Shown: piece by piece, positions 1 through 10,803 of the stretch | Numbering within the stretch: position 1 is the first letter of the stretch | Layout of the letters: each line of letters opens with the position of its first letter | Source of the DNA: Nymphaea colorata | Lineage: Eukaryota | Reading direction: 5' to 3' | Assembly (NCBI RefSeq): GCF_008831285.2 | Contig: NC_045138.2 | Coordinates: 5,580,001 to 5,644,000, forward strand | DNA: 64,000 bases | Notes under the pieces: generated by a model | Told to the model about the DNA's origin: nothing | Databases searched by the model: none | What the model saw: only the letters and a program-made list of their open reading frames with translations | Program-made: the position numbers and the translations under genes

Positions 1-447
1 GCTCAGTTACCAAACTCTTCAAAAGAATCTTTACGAGCAGAAACTGATATTAAATAAACAACAACAATGAATCCTTTAGACATATTAGAAAAATATTTAG
101 GATCAATTAAAGCAAAATTCTCACATTCGAATATCGAAAAAATAAATGAAGATAAAATTAAAATAACTGCTAGACAAAACATACTGAATCTAACAATATG
201 TGATATGTGTTATTTAGAAGAATATATAGAACTATTTAGTAAATATTATTATCAGACAAGTATAACTATATAAGAAAAACCAAGATATTTAGATCTATTC
301 TTTTCAAAATTACCACCAGTAATATATGGACAAGTGATAAAAACATTTCAGGAAAATAAACCAAAGGAAGACACGTTAGGATCAAGAATAGAATTCATAA
401 GGACATGGTTCAACACAATGTGTGAAGAATATGTAAAATCGAAAAAA
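1..447 (+). pseudogene. EPRV coat-protein fragment, inverted copy of ~6300-6742
   Basis: ORFs 67-273 and 334-522 (LTICDMCYLEEYIELFSKYYY, DTLGSRIEFIRTWF) match the minus-strand CP. Confidence 0.88.
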
Positions 448-1018
448 CATCAATACTTTAGTAAATTCGATTGTAAAAGTGGATTTTACCATCGAAAACT
501 TGACGAGAAAAGTAAAAAATGAACAACATTTACAGTAAGTAATGGATTTTACGAATGGAACGTACTACCATTTGGATATAAAAATGCACCAAGAAGATTT
601 CAAAACGTTATGGATCAACAATTTAAAGGACTAAGGAATTGTATAATCTATATAGATGATATATTACTATTTAGCTATACGCAAGAAGACCATTACTAAT
701 TGTTAAATGAATTCATAAACTATGCAACTAAAGTAGGAGTGACAATAAGCAAAAACAAAGCAGTAATTTGTAAAAAATAGATAGACTTTCTAGGTATAGA
801 AATAGATAAAGCTGGAATAAAAATGCAGACACATATTATCCAGAAAATAGCACAAACTGAAGAATTAGATACAAAAAAGAAATTGCAGTCATTTTTAGGA
901 CTAGCAAATCAAGTCAGAGAATATATCCCTCATTTAGCTAAACACTATAAAACTTTACAAGAAAAACTAAAAAAGATAAACAACATTGTCGGACTGAAGA
1001 AGATAAACAACATATAAA
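448..1018 (+). pseudogene. EPRV reverse-transcriptase fragment, inverted copy of ~2945-3510
   Basis: FSKFDCKSGFYH, WNVLPFGYKNAP, YIDD (tat ata gat gat at 649-660), LQSFLGLANQVREYIP. Confidence 0.9.
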
Positions 1019-1370
1019 TCAAAAAATTTTACAGGAATTAGAACTAGTTTTAGAAAATAAAAAAAGAATAAGTAACCAACTAAATGACATTATAAGAAAC
1101 ATAAATCAGAAAAAACCTGAACTTCAAAAAATAGAACGAGAACCAGAAAAACTCTATATTTCAGACCAGATAGTCAAAAGAGAGATAAAATATTTGATGG
1201 CTATGTACAACCAGGATTTAGTAATAGGAAGAGTAATAACAAAGTCGTTGATATGAATAGAGTAGAATATGAAACTGGCTCTAAGAAAACACTTGTCTTC
1301 GGACAAAAATGCTGAATAATTGAAACAAACTTAGATAGGAAATTTCTAGAATTAAACCAGAAAGACATGA
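1019..1370 (+). pseudogene. EPRV small-ORF / CP N-terminal fragment, inverted copy of ~7468-7815
   Basis: Nucleotide match to the reverse complement of 7468-7815 (KILQELELVLEN..., MNRVEYETGSKK). Confidence 0.88.
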
Positions 1371-1371
1371 G

Positions 1372-2473
1372 GTAGAGTGAACATTATATTAGGAAGACAG
1401 TTTTAAAGAAAGAAATATCACCAAAGATATTTCATTCTGTTCCTTTAATTGCTCTGATATATGCAAGAAAGATGGGATTGACTGAAGAAATGGGGCCTTT
1501 TCTTGGAGAAGAATTCCTTCATTTCTGGCAATAGTATTTCTTCTTGCTGTTGGGATTATGAGTTTACCATTTCTTTAGTCAATCTCATCTTTATTGCATA
1601 AATGGTTGGTATGGCAGCATATATTCTTAAAAAAATAAGTGGTGCCTTTGTTATTTTTAGATAACGTTTAGCTACTTTGCATAATTCTAGAATTTCTTCC
1701 AGTTCCTTGGCATTACTGGTGTATACAATATGCAGTAATTCATAACTGTGTACCATTTTTTACTAGATTTGGATTTGTATTTGGATAGACTATCATTTTA
1801 TTTATTCCTGGATATGGGATGGTGGTATAGCCTTTCCCTAATACTGTATTCTTTTCTCTGTGATTTTTGTTTAGGAAATCATAAACTTTCTTTAGGTTTC
1901 TTAGGTAATTATTTACTATTATGGTTTTCTATTTTCTCTTTTTGGATAGTTTCTAAATACGTTTGTGTCTGAGGTGGAGTGAACAGATTGGTTTTGACTG
2001 ACATGTTTGTTTTCTGAAATCTCTAGTTTAGGTTGACATTTTTAAATCTCGGTTTGAAAGATATACTGGGTTCTTCTTGGTTTCTAACTTCTATGGTCTT
2101 TGGTTCTGAAATTTTTAATGGGACTTCTGGGATTTCTGGGATTTTTATCAAAGGTTCTATTTTGGCTTTTCATTTTTAGTAGTTCTTTCACTTGGTTTTG
2201 TAGTATTGCTAGTTGGGTTTGCTGTTCTTCTAGCTCCATTCTTACTAGCTGCACAAATAAGCTGTAGCCGCAACTCAAATTATGTGTGTATTGTGATGGT
2301 TAGTCTTTTAATCACTTTTGAAAAGTGACCATCCTTCAACGGATTTGATTCGTCTTTACCAGGAGCCATTTGCTCTGGACTAGCCATATTCTCTTCCACT
2401 TTCAGTGGTTATTGGTGAATATGAGTACCAATGTGTGTGGTTTGTGCTAATTAGTCTATATATCTGGTAGCAT
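1372..2473 (-). pseudogene. EPRV last ORF, transactivator/inclusion-body (TAV/IBP)-like, degenerate
   Basis: Follows RNase H. Coiled coil MELEEQQTQLAILQNQVKELL, then ELLHIVYTSNAKELEEILELCKVAKRYLKITKAPLIFLRIY, which resembles solendovirus ORF4 as I recall it. Boundaries approximate. Confidence 0.6.
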
Positions 2474-2488
2474 TTTCTCCTTCTGCTG

Positions 2489-4390
2489 TTATTTTACATT
2501 CCTTGATAAATAGTCTGCATAACAATTTTCGTTAGTCTTGATTACTTCGATATCAAAATCAAATAACTTTATGTTGTTGACTAGCCTCCTGATTTCTTTC
2601 TTTAGAAATGAATTTTCTAGTTTAGCATTTAGCCAATATTTTACCTGTGTATTATCTGTTCTAACTTTAAATTTTGTATAGACTACATATATTTCGAAAT
2701 GTAATAATGCATAATATAATCCTAGCAGTTCTTTTCTATTAATCTCCCATTTTATTTCATTTTCTTTAAAACTTCCTGAATGATATCGACAAAGTTACTC
2801 ATTTTTCTCATTAACATATTTATATTTCAATACTGATCCGTAGTTAAATTCTAAAGCATCTTTTTCGATGATTCATATAAATGGTTTTTGTTCGTTAGGG
2901 AATTCTAATTTAGGTAGATTTTTACAAACTGTTTTTATTTGATTTATATGTTGTTTATCTTCTTCAGTCCAATAATATTTTCTATCCTTTTTTAATTTTT
3001 CTTGTAAAGTTTTACAATGTTTAGCTAAATGAGGGATATATTCTCTGACTTGATTTACTAGTCCTAAAAATGACTGTAATTTTTTTTTTGTATCTAATTC
3101 TTCAGTTGGTGCTATTTTCTGGATAATATGTCTGTATTTTTATTCCAGCTTTATTTATTTCTATACCTAAAAAGTCTATCTGTTTTTTACAAATTACTGC
3201 TTTTTTATTGCTTATTGCCACTCCAACTTTAGTTGCATAGTTTATGAATTCATTTAACAATTCGTAATGGTCTCCTTGCGTATGGCTAAATAGTAATATA
3301 TCATATATATAGATTATACAATTCCTTAGTCTTTTAAATTGTTGTTCCATAAAGTTTTGAAATCTTCTTGATGCATTTTTATATCCAAATGGTAGTACGT
3401 TTCATTCGTAAAATCCATTAGGTACGGTAAATGTTATTAATTTTTTACTTTCCTCTTCGAGTTTTAGATGGTAAAATCCACTTTTACAATTGAATTTATT
3501 AAATTATTGATATCTTGATATTTGTTTTAATTTTAATATTTTGTTTGGTATAGGATAATTATATGTTTTTACCTTATCGTTTAGGTTTCTATAGTCTACG
3601 ACCATTCTAGTCTTTCCTCGTTTTTGTTCACTATGTTTATTTACAATAAATGCTGGACTACTATGTTTTGAGTTTGATTTTTGGATGTAATTTCCTTTCA
3701 GTAGTTAATTTATATGTATATCGAATTCCGTCATCAGGTATATATTTTAGTGGTGGTTGAGTTATTATACTGTCTTCTTTTATTAATTCTATCTTAACAA
3801 TAGTTTTACGTTTTTCCCAATGTCGTAATGGGTTTTCAGAATATAATTCTGCAAGTCTTTGTTCTATATTTTCTAACTCGTTTATTTCATACATATTTAT
3901 GGTGATGGTATTTATTTTTTCTCGTGTCATCCTCTGTGTTAGTTTACTATCTCCTTTAATCCATGTTGTTTGTTTTCGTTCATTATTATTTACTATTAGA
4001 GCATTTATTTTTTCTCCACAAGGTGTTGTTAATATTAAATATTTGTTTGTTATGTTTATTGGTAGATAACCATTTAGGAATGGTCTTCCTAATATAATAT
4101 CTTTGTTATGTAATTCAAATGCATATATTCTGTTGATCTTGATTATCTTCTTTCAAATTTGTACATTAACATTTTCTGCTTTATAGTTTATTGTAGCCTT
4201 GGCTCCATTAAATCCTCTAACCTTTAGTGGATTATCTAATTTTTCCCATATATTGTCTGGTAAACAGTTTTTTTTGCATAAATTTATCTGTGCTCCTGTG
4301 TTTATGTAGGCAGTGTAATATCGGTTATTATATCATCTTGGTATGACTTTGATTAGTGTATATATAAAATTTATTTTTATTAATGTTCAT
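2489..4390 (-). pseudogene. EPRV Pol polyprotein (aspartic protease-RT-RNase H), degenerate
   Basis: ATG at 4390; YYTAYINTGAQINLCK (catalytic D->N at 4294-4302), DIILGRPFL, YSENPLRHWEK, RT motifs (YIYD in this copy), RNase H ending ...YLSRNVK* at 2489. Confidence 0.92.
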
Positions 4391-5108
4391 TCCTCCTCAC
4401 TTGTCTCTTCATCACTATAAGTTTTTCTTCCAAAAGCTTGGTGGGACGTATGTGCTATTCTTTTATCCTTTTTATTCTAATAGGTCATAATTTTCCATTC
4501 GGCTACTGCTCTGGTTCTTAGGTATGTAAAAAATTCTCTTCTATAGTCTTTAAATTTTCTTCTTGTCACCCCATTTCCTAGTTTCCCTATAAATTTAAGA
4601 ACATATATATATATATATTCTAAATAATTTTCCTGTTCTTTTGCGCACAAAGTTTTTAGTTTGGTTATTATATACCTTTACACTTGTAGTTAGAAACATT
4701 CTGATTTGTCGTATGATATATCTGACATTGTTTCATCCGAATCTAGGTTTCTTATTTCTCTCAACCATCTTTCATGTACTTTATGTATCAGTTTATCAAT
4801 GAATTGTCTTACTATAAACATCTTTCTTAGCCAAATATTCCATTTACTTCATATAACAACTATTTGTCTTATGTCTTTCTAGTTTATTGGAGTTATATAC
4901 GTTAGACATTTTCTTAGTTTTATCATCCTTCCATTCTGTTTATTATATTTCTCCACATTATATCGTCATCATAATCGTTGTACCAATTTCTGTAGTCTGT
5001 TAAATCACTGTCATAACTATCATATTCATATTTTGTATATGCTGATTCTAATGCTAATCTTTTTTCTTCTATCTCGTTTCTAATATTGTTGATAAACTTA
5101 TATAGCAT
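4387..5108 (-). pseudogene. EPRV additional ORF of unknown function (~240 codons, interrupted)
   Basis: Starts MLYKFINNIRNEIEEKR, overlapping the preceding stop; ends ...SDEETSEEE*, whose TGA overlaps the Pol ATG (ATGA). No motif recognised. Confidence 0.5.
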
Positions 5109-5927
5109 TAGATATACTTTGAATATTAGTTTTTTCTTTTCTTAGTCTTTTTTCTTCTACTGCTTTGTCTAAAGCATTTTTCATATCTTGTTCAAAATTT
5201 CTTTTACTTATTTGGCTAATCATCTAAGTTTCTAGGGATTATTATAGGTTTACCCAAGTGTTCAATTTCTAATACGTTTTTCTCTATTTTGAAATTTTTG
5301 TATTTGTTTAGTCATTTGTTCCCTAGTATGATTCCTGTTAGTTTATCGTTTCTAAGTGATTGTATCTCAAATTCTATTTCAAACATGTAGTCTGCTATCC
5401 TAATTTCTTTGCTGACTTTTCCCATATTTTTAATAATGTTCCCTTGGATATACTTGTACCTATGTTCACTTAGCAAAACAATATCATTGTTTATCATATC
5501 TGGTGTAATATAATTATCTTCTGATCCTGTGTCTATTAAGATTTTCTTTATCATACTATCTATGTTTCCTTTTATATGAAATTGTTTCATGGGGTTTTTT
5601 TTACTTTTAACTGTTTTAGTTCTTCATAGATTCCTTGTCTACTTATCAATGGTACTCTAGTTGTTTCTTTTGATAATCCTGTATGTTCTATATCTATTAC
5701 ACGTTCCCTTTGATTGATTATGTAATATTCTTTTTAACCATTGTTTTTATTACTGGTATTTTTCTTACAAATGGAAAATCAAATATTTTTTCGATACTTA
5801 TATCTAATTCTTGTTTTTCTATTTGTCTAAATATTTTTTCTTCGAATATGACTCTTTGAATTGTATAATCTTTGGTTAATTCTTCCTGATATCTAATATC
5901 TTGAGGTCTTTCTATTTTATCACTCAT
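5098..5927 (-). pseudogene. EPRV ORF2: movement-protein N-terminus fused to a second retropepsin-type aspartic protease
   Basis: QRVIFEEKIFRQIEKQELDISIEKIF...EYYIINQRERVID...VPLIS...KNPMK (MP N-terminus across two frameshifts), directly followed by QFHIKG...ILIDTGSEDNYI...GIILGNK (DTG at 5533-5525). Confidence 0.75.
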
Positions 5928-7584
5928 ATTCACTACTACTTTCTGTTTCATATATTGTTTCATTCTCCGATATATCTGTTTCACTAAGGTTTTCAATATT
6001 TATATAATCATTTTCTATTACATTTATTAACTTTTTTTTATTTGTTGTTTAAGGTCTTTGGCTATATGTCCAATTTTTCCGCAATTTTAGCATTTACAAC
6101 TCTTGGGGTTTTTTAGATACTTATTTTTATTTGTTACGTACTATCTTCTCTTTGGGTATTTGTTCTTATATTTTTTGTAATAGTGTTTAAGTTTCTTATA
6201 CTTTTTATGTCTCTTAGTTTTGTAATATGATTTACATCCTAACTGTGGTATTATATGTTCGTCACAACATTTATATGGTGATTGTATTATAAGATTTAGT
6301 TTTTTCGATTTTACATATTCTTTACACATTGTTTTGAACCATGTCCTTATGAATTATATTCTTGATCCTAACGTGTCTTCATTTGGTTTATTTTCCTGAA
6401 TTGTTTTTATCACTTGTCCATATATTACTGGTGATCATTTTGAAAAGAATAGATCTAAATATCTTGGTTTTTCTTCTATAGTTATACTTGCCAGATAATA
6501 ATATTTACTAAATAGTTGTATATATTCTTCTAAATAACACATATCACATATTGTTAGATGCAGTATGTTTTGTCTAGCAGTTACTTTAATTTGGTCTTCA
6601 TATATTTTTTCGATATTCAAATGTGAGAATTCTGCTTTAATTGATTCTAGATATTTTTCTAATATCTCTAAAGGATTCGTTGTTGTTGTTCCTTTACTAT
6701 CAGTTTCTGCTCATAAAGATTCTTTTGAAGAGTTTGGTAGCTGATCAAACCATAAATATATGTTTCCTATAAATGAATTTTCAATATATATGTTGGTACA
6801 TTTTTTAATTCTATTTTGATTTCTGTAATGTGCTTGATAATTTCAGCTTTCCAGATTTGTAATAACATTATGTGTTATCTAGATTTAATATTCCTTGTTT
6901 TCATTCTTTTTCTTCTATTTTGTTTTTTAGTCTAGATTTCCAAATTCTTTCCCATCGTTCATTTTTACTATAGTCATCTTAATGTCTATTCCTATTTGGA
7001 TTTCCTTTGTGAGTTCTTGAACCTGCTGGATATTCCTCTTTGATTTTAATTCCTTATTTGGGTGTTGTATTCACATTTATTTCCATGTTTTGTCCTTGAT
7101 CCATTAATTCAGTATATGTTATACTTGGTTCATAATTTTCTGTTTCGATTTCACTACCTATTTCTATTTTTTGAAGACTATTTGTTTCTAACATGTTAAT
7201 TTCCTCTTCATTTACCTTATCTAATTTTTCATTTCTTTTTTCAAATTGCTGGTCGAGTTTTTCCACAAGCTTTTCTAGTAAATTTATTATTTTGTCCATT
7301 TTATCTTCCAGATACGCTGGGCAACCTTGCACCGACTGTGGTGTATCGGCAGGGTAACCTTCATATTGCCGTATCTTTTCTTTTTTAGGCTTATTTTCTT
7401 CGTTTAGTCTTTTTATTCTTTCTAGCACTGTTTCTGTATTCATTTTTTCTTCGTCTAATATTAGATACATGTCATTCTGGTTTAATTCTAGAAATTTCCT
7501 ATCTAAGTTTGTTTCAATCATTTGGCATTTTTGTCCGAAGACAAATGTTTTCTTAGAGCCAGTTTCGTATTCTACTCTGTTCAT
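5920..7584 (-). pseudogene. EPRV coat (capsid) protein, degenerate
   Basis: CDMCYLEEYIQLFSKYYY, K/Y-rich basic tract, Zn knuckle CKC*NCGKIGHIAKD at ~6100-6055, acidic tail (ETDISENETIYETESSSEYE*). Confidence 0.88.
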
Positions 7585-7835
7585 ATGAACGACTCCGTTA
7601 TTACTCTTCCTATTACTAAATCCTAGTTGTACAAGGTCGTCAAATATTTTATCTCTCTTTTGACTATCTGGTCTGAAATATAGAGTTTTTCTGGTTCTCG
7701 TTCTATTTTCTGAACTTCAGGTTTTTTCTGATTTATGTTTCTTATAAAGTCATTTAGTTGGTTACTTATTCTTTTCTGATTTTCTAAAACTAGTTCTAAT
7801 TCCTGTAAAATTTTTCCAAATTCTGATTTATCCAT
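7581..7835 (-). pseudogene. EPRV small upstream ORF (84 aa, coiled-coil-like)
   Basis: MDKSEFGKILQELELVLENQKRISNQL. The internal TAG at 7623-7625 is CAG in the plus-strand copy (~1210). The true stop overlaps the CP ATG (ATGA, 7584-7581) in both copies. Confidence 0.65.
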
Positions 7836-8319
7836 GATTTGTGGAGTGTTTTCCTATTCGAGAAGTGCAAATATTCTCATTTTCTAGTATGTGCTTTGTG
7901 TCTTATAATCTATCCGTTGCAGGAAGTGAAATAACCTCAGTTTTCTTTATGACCATCTGACTTTCCCCGATCGGCTTCTGCCTTTGTGGGTACTCGTCTG
8001 GGGTCTTTCCCTCTTGGGTTACACATTCAGACTCCTCTTTTGCCGTATATTCATATAGATGGACTTTGGTGTTCCAAATGATGCAATTGACAGAAAATAA
8101 AACTACTCTACACATGCTTGAAAATCAAAATACTAACACATACTCGTAAGGAAAACTAACACTTTATTCAATAAAAAAAGCATACTTACAATACTTACAG
8201 ATAGTTCATCAACCTCTGACGAAGTTGAAGATACATGGCTACTATTTGTCTCTGGAACACTGTCCATGAGACCTTCAATAGTCTACTACCTAGTTTCAAA
8301 CTTACACAAGCTAGATAAT

Positions 8320-9060
8320 TATTTACTGTTATGGATTGGCTTTCTATTTTCTCTTGTTGGATAGTTTCTAAATAGGTTTGTGTATGAAGTGGAGTGAACA
8401 GATTGGTTTTGACTGACATGTTTATTTTCTGAAATCTCTGGTTTAGGTTGACATTCTTAAATCTCGGTTTGAAAGATAAACTAGGTTCTTCTTGGTTTGT
8501 AACTTCCAGGGTCTTTGGTTCAAAAATTTTTACTGGGGCTTCTAGGTTTTCTGGGATTTTTATCAAAGGTTCTATTTGGGCTTTCCATTTTAGTAGTTCT
8601 TTCACTTGGTTTTGTAGTATTGCTAGTTGGGTTTGCTGTTCTTCTAACTCCATCCTTACTAGCCGCACAAATAAACAATTGGTGTTATTGAGAGATTGGC
8701 TTTTAGCAGCAACTCAAATTGTGTGTGTATTCTGATGGTTAGTCTTTTAATCACTTTTGGAAAGTGACCATCCTTCAACGGATTTGATTCGTCTTTACCA
8801 GGAGCCGTTTGCTCTGGACTAGCCATATTCTTTTCCACTTTCAGTGGTTATTGGTGAATATGAGTACCAATGTGTGTGGTTTGTGCTAATTAGTTCATAT
8901 ATCTGGTAGCATTTTCTCCTTCTACTGTTATTTTACATTCCTTGATAAATAGTCTGTATAGCAATTTTCGTTAGTCTTGATTATTTCGATATCAAAATCA
9001 AATAATTTTATGTTGTTGACTAGCCTCCTAATTTCTTTCTTTACAATTGAGTTTTCTAGT
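8320..9060 (-). repeat. Second EPRV copy of RNase H C-terminus plus TAV-like N-terminus (direct duplicate of ~1915-2625)
   Basis: Long near-identical nucleotide match; ORF 8195-8668 MELEEQQTQLAILQNQVKELLKWK. Confidence 0.9.
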
Positions 9061-9283
9061 TCAATTGTAAAGAAATATCAGCAAAGAAATATCAGCAATG
9101 TCTCAGACAAGAGCAATCAAAGGACCAATAATGGGAACTAAGAACTTGAAGGAATATTGCCAGTACATGCAAAAATATCAGGAGCATAAGTGTTCAGAAT
9201 GTGCAAAAAGTAAAGAACTATGCGAGGTAACCCTCGAAGGAATAAAGACCCAGTCAATACTTCAATCACTACCATGTACATGA

Positions 9284-9710
9284 AAAAGTTGTGATTGATT
9301 GGGAACATATTCTAAAGAGGAAAAGACAATTGCATCGAATAAAACAAAAGAAAAAACACAACGAATAAAGTAAAGAAAAAGATATTCGAACGGCAGACAG
9401 AGAATAAAGTAAAGAAAAAGAAATTTGAATGGCAAACAAAGAATAAAGTAAAAGAGATTTGAAGCAAAGAGATGGAGCACAAAGGCAGACAAATACAAAC
9501 AGAAAAGCATAAAGCAGCAAAGGCTTAATCAGAACCAGAGATTAAGATTCTAGCGGGTCACCTTTCAACCGTTGATCTCCGCAAAGTTTCAAAACCAACC
9601 ACTATAAATATGAGAAGTCAGGCACTCGTGGAGCTTGTGTAAGTTTGAAACTAGGTAGTAGACTATTGAAGGTCTCATGGAGAGTGTTCCAGAGACAAAT
9701 AGTAGCCATG
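9284..9710 (+). promoter_or_regulatory. EPRV long intergenic region: putative pregenomic-RNA promoter (TATAAATA 9603-9610) and leader start
   Basis: Follows a short viral-like ORF end (9098-9283); three copies of GAATAAAGTAAA; TATA box; 9637-9710 is the reverse complement of 8234-8307, the leader upstream of the minus-strand genome. Confidence 0.6.
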
Positions 9711-9812
9711 ATAAATATTTGCTGTAATATGATTATCTTCTGATCTTGTGTCTATTAAGATTTTCTTTATCATATTGTTTATATGAAATTGTTTTTGGTA
9801 ACTTGTTTTACC
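9711..9812 (-). repeat. EPRV fragment of the second-protease N-terminus
   Basis: GKTSYQKQFHINNMIKKILIDTRSEDNHIT, homologous to ~5490-5588. Confidence 0.75.
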
Positions 9813-9885
9813 TGCAGAACTAAATTATAGTGTTTTTTGTATTTAAGGACAAATAGGAGCAACAGAAGGAGAGGTGGTAACGTAC

Positions 9886-10803
9886 CATACCGGTGGCTTT
9901 AATAATGGCATCAGTTTGATGATTTTCGAACAAGTGACCGTCATCTAATTCTTTAATGACCACGTCAATCAAGTCTCTCTTCTCGTCGGCACTACTGGAT
10001 TCCTTTCGGCGGTGCTCTGCAAGCCAAGCCGAGGCAACTTCATCCATCTTCAGGTGAACCCTTTTCATGGCATTGAGGTGACCACCCACATCTAGCCACG
10101 GGATCGCGTCAGAGACGGTGAACATACCAACTAGATTGGCAAACTCATCCAGAGCTTCACTAAACTCTTTTCCTTCACCGTCCAAATCAAAGTACCATTT
10201 TCCGGCGATCATCCTGAGGATGATGTTCAAGGCCATGCAGGTCAAATGCTGCTTCATCTCTACCGGCTCATGGTTTCTGCAACTGCCGTACAGGCGCCGC
10301 ATCAAGAAGCCCACCTCGTCTACCCGGATGTGCTTGAGCAGCTCAAATTGCTGGCTTGACAGCTGCTCGGTGGCGACGATCTTGTGGAGTTCACAAAAGT
10401 AAGGTCCGTATGGGCTGAATGAGAACATGGCACGATCGTAGGCATGGTGTTTCCAACCTTCTAGCTGTGGCCGACCGGCAAATGCTCGGTCATTGACAGT
10501 GAAGCACTCCTTGGCGAGGTCCATGCTGCTCACCACAATGGCATGCATTTGTCCCAGTTGGAGACTGAAGAGAGGCCCGTGCTTCTCTGAAAGAGCAGCG
10601 ATAGTTCTATAGAGAGGTGTGGTTCCAGTCAGCAGGTCGAGGTGTCCGACTATTGGCCAAGAACCATTGGGTTCCGATAGTCGGCATCTTCCTTCCCTTT
10701 TCCTCTTTTGCCAAATTTTACAGATGAAGAAAAGGGCAAGCAGAGATGCTAAACCCTCTGCTACCCGCTTGATGGAATCCATAGATGTGGTGATGGACTC
10801 CAT
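9886..10803 (-). CDS. CYP82-like cytochrome P450 exon 1 (open frame); intron invaded by the EPRV, exon 2 not in window
   Basis: WPIVGHL, MFSFSPYGPYF, DAIIKAT; donor ATG|GTACGT at 9886/9885. 9-nt deletion (WLGWLD->WLD) relative to the intact copy. A 21-bp tandem duplication gives two in-frame ATGs (10803, 10782). Confidence 0.85.

Larger units (their letters stand above)
1..9812. mobile_element. Endogenous pararetrovirus (Caulimoviridae) cluster: near-complete minus-strand genome (~8310->1372) plus rearranged fragments; continues past the window start
   Basis: Caulimovirid-type CP (CDMCYLEEY; CKC*NCGKIGHIAK knuckle), MP N-terminus, AP, RT (SSPAFIVNKHSEQKRGKTRMVVDYRNLN, KSGFYH, LPFGYKNA, YIDD), RNase H (VRTDN, NCYADYLSR). 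No integrase or LTRs; very A-rich coding strand; many stops and frameshifts. Confidence 0.95.

Noticed and set aside
1451..1462. GCTCTGATATAT, resembling a reverse tRNA-Met primer-binding site of the virus
   Set aside because: Lacks the TGG end and lies inside the TAV-like ORF. I found no convincing viral PBS in the window.
9340..9460. Three spaced GAATAAAGTAAA repeats resembling a CRISPR-like array
   Set aside because: Eukaryotic context, short degenerate repeats with related spacers; better explained as repeats in the viral intergenic region.
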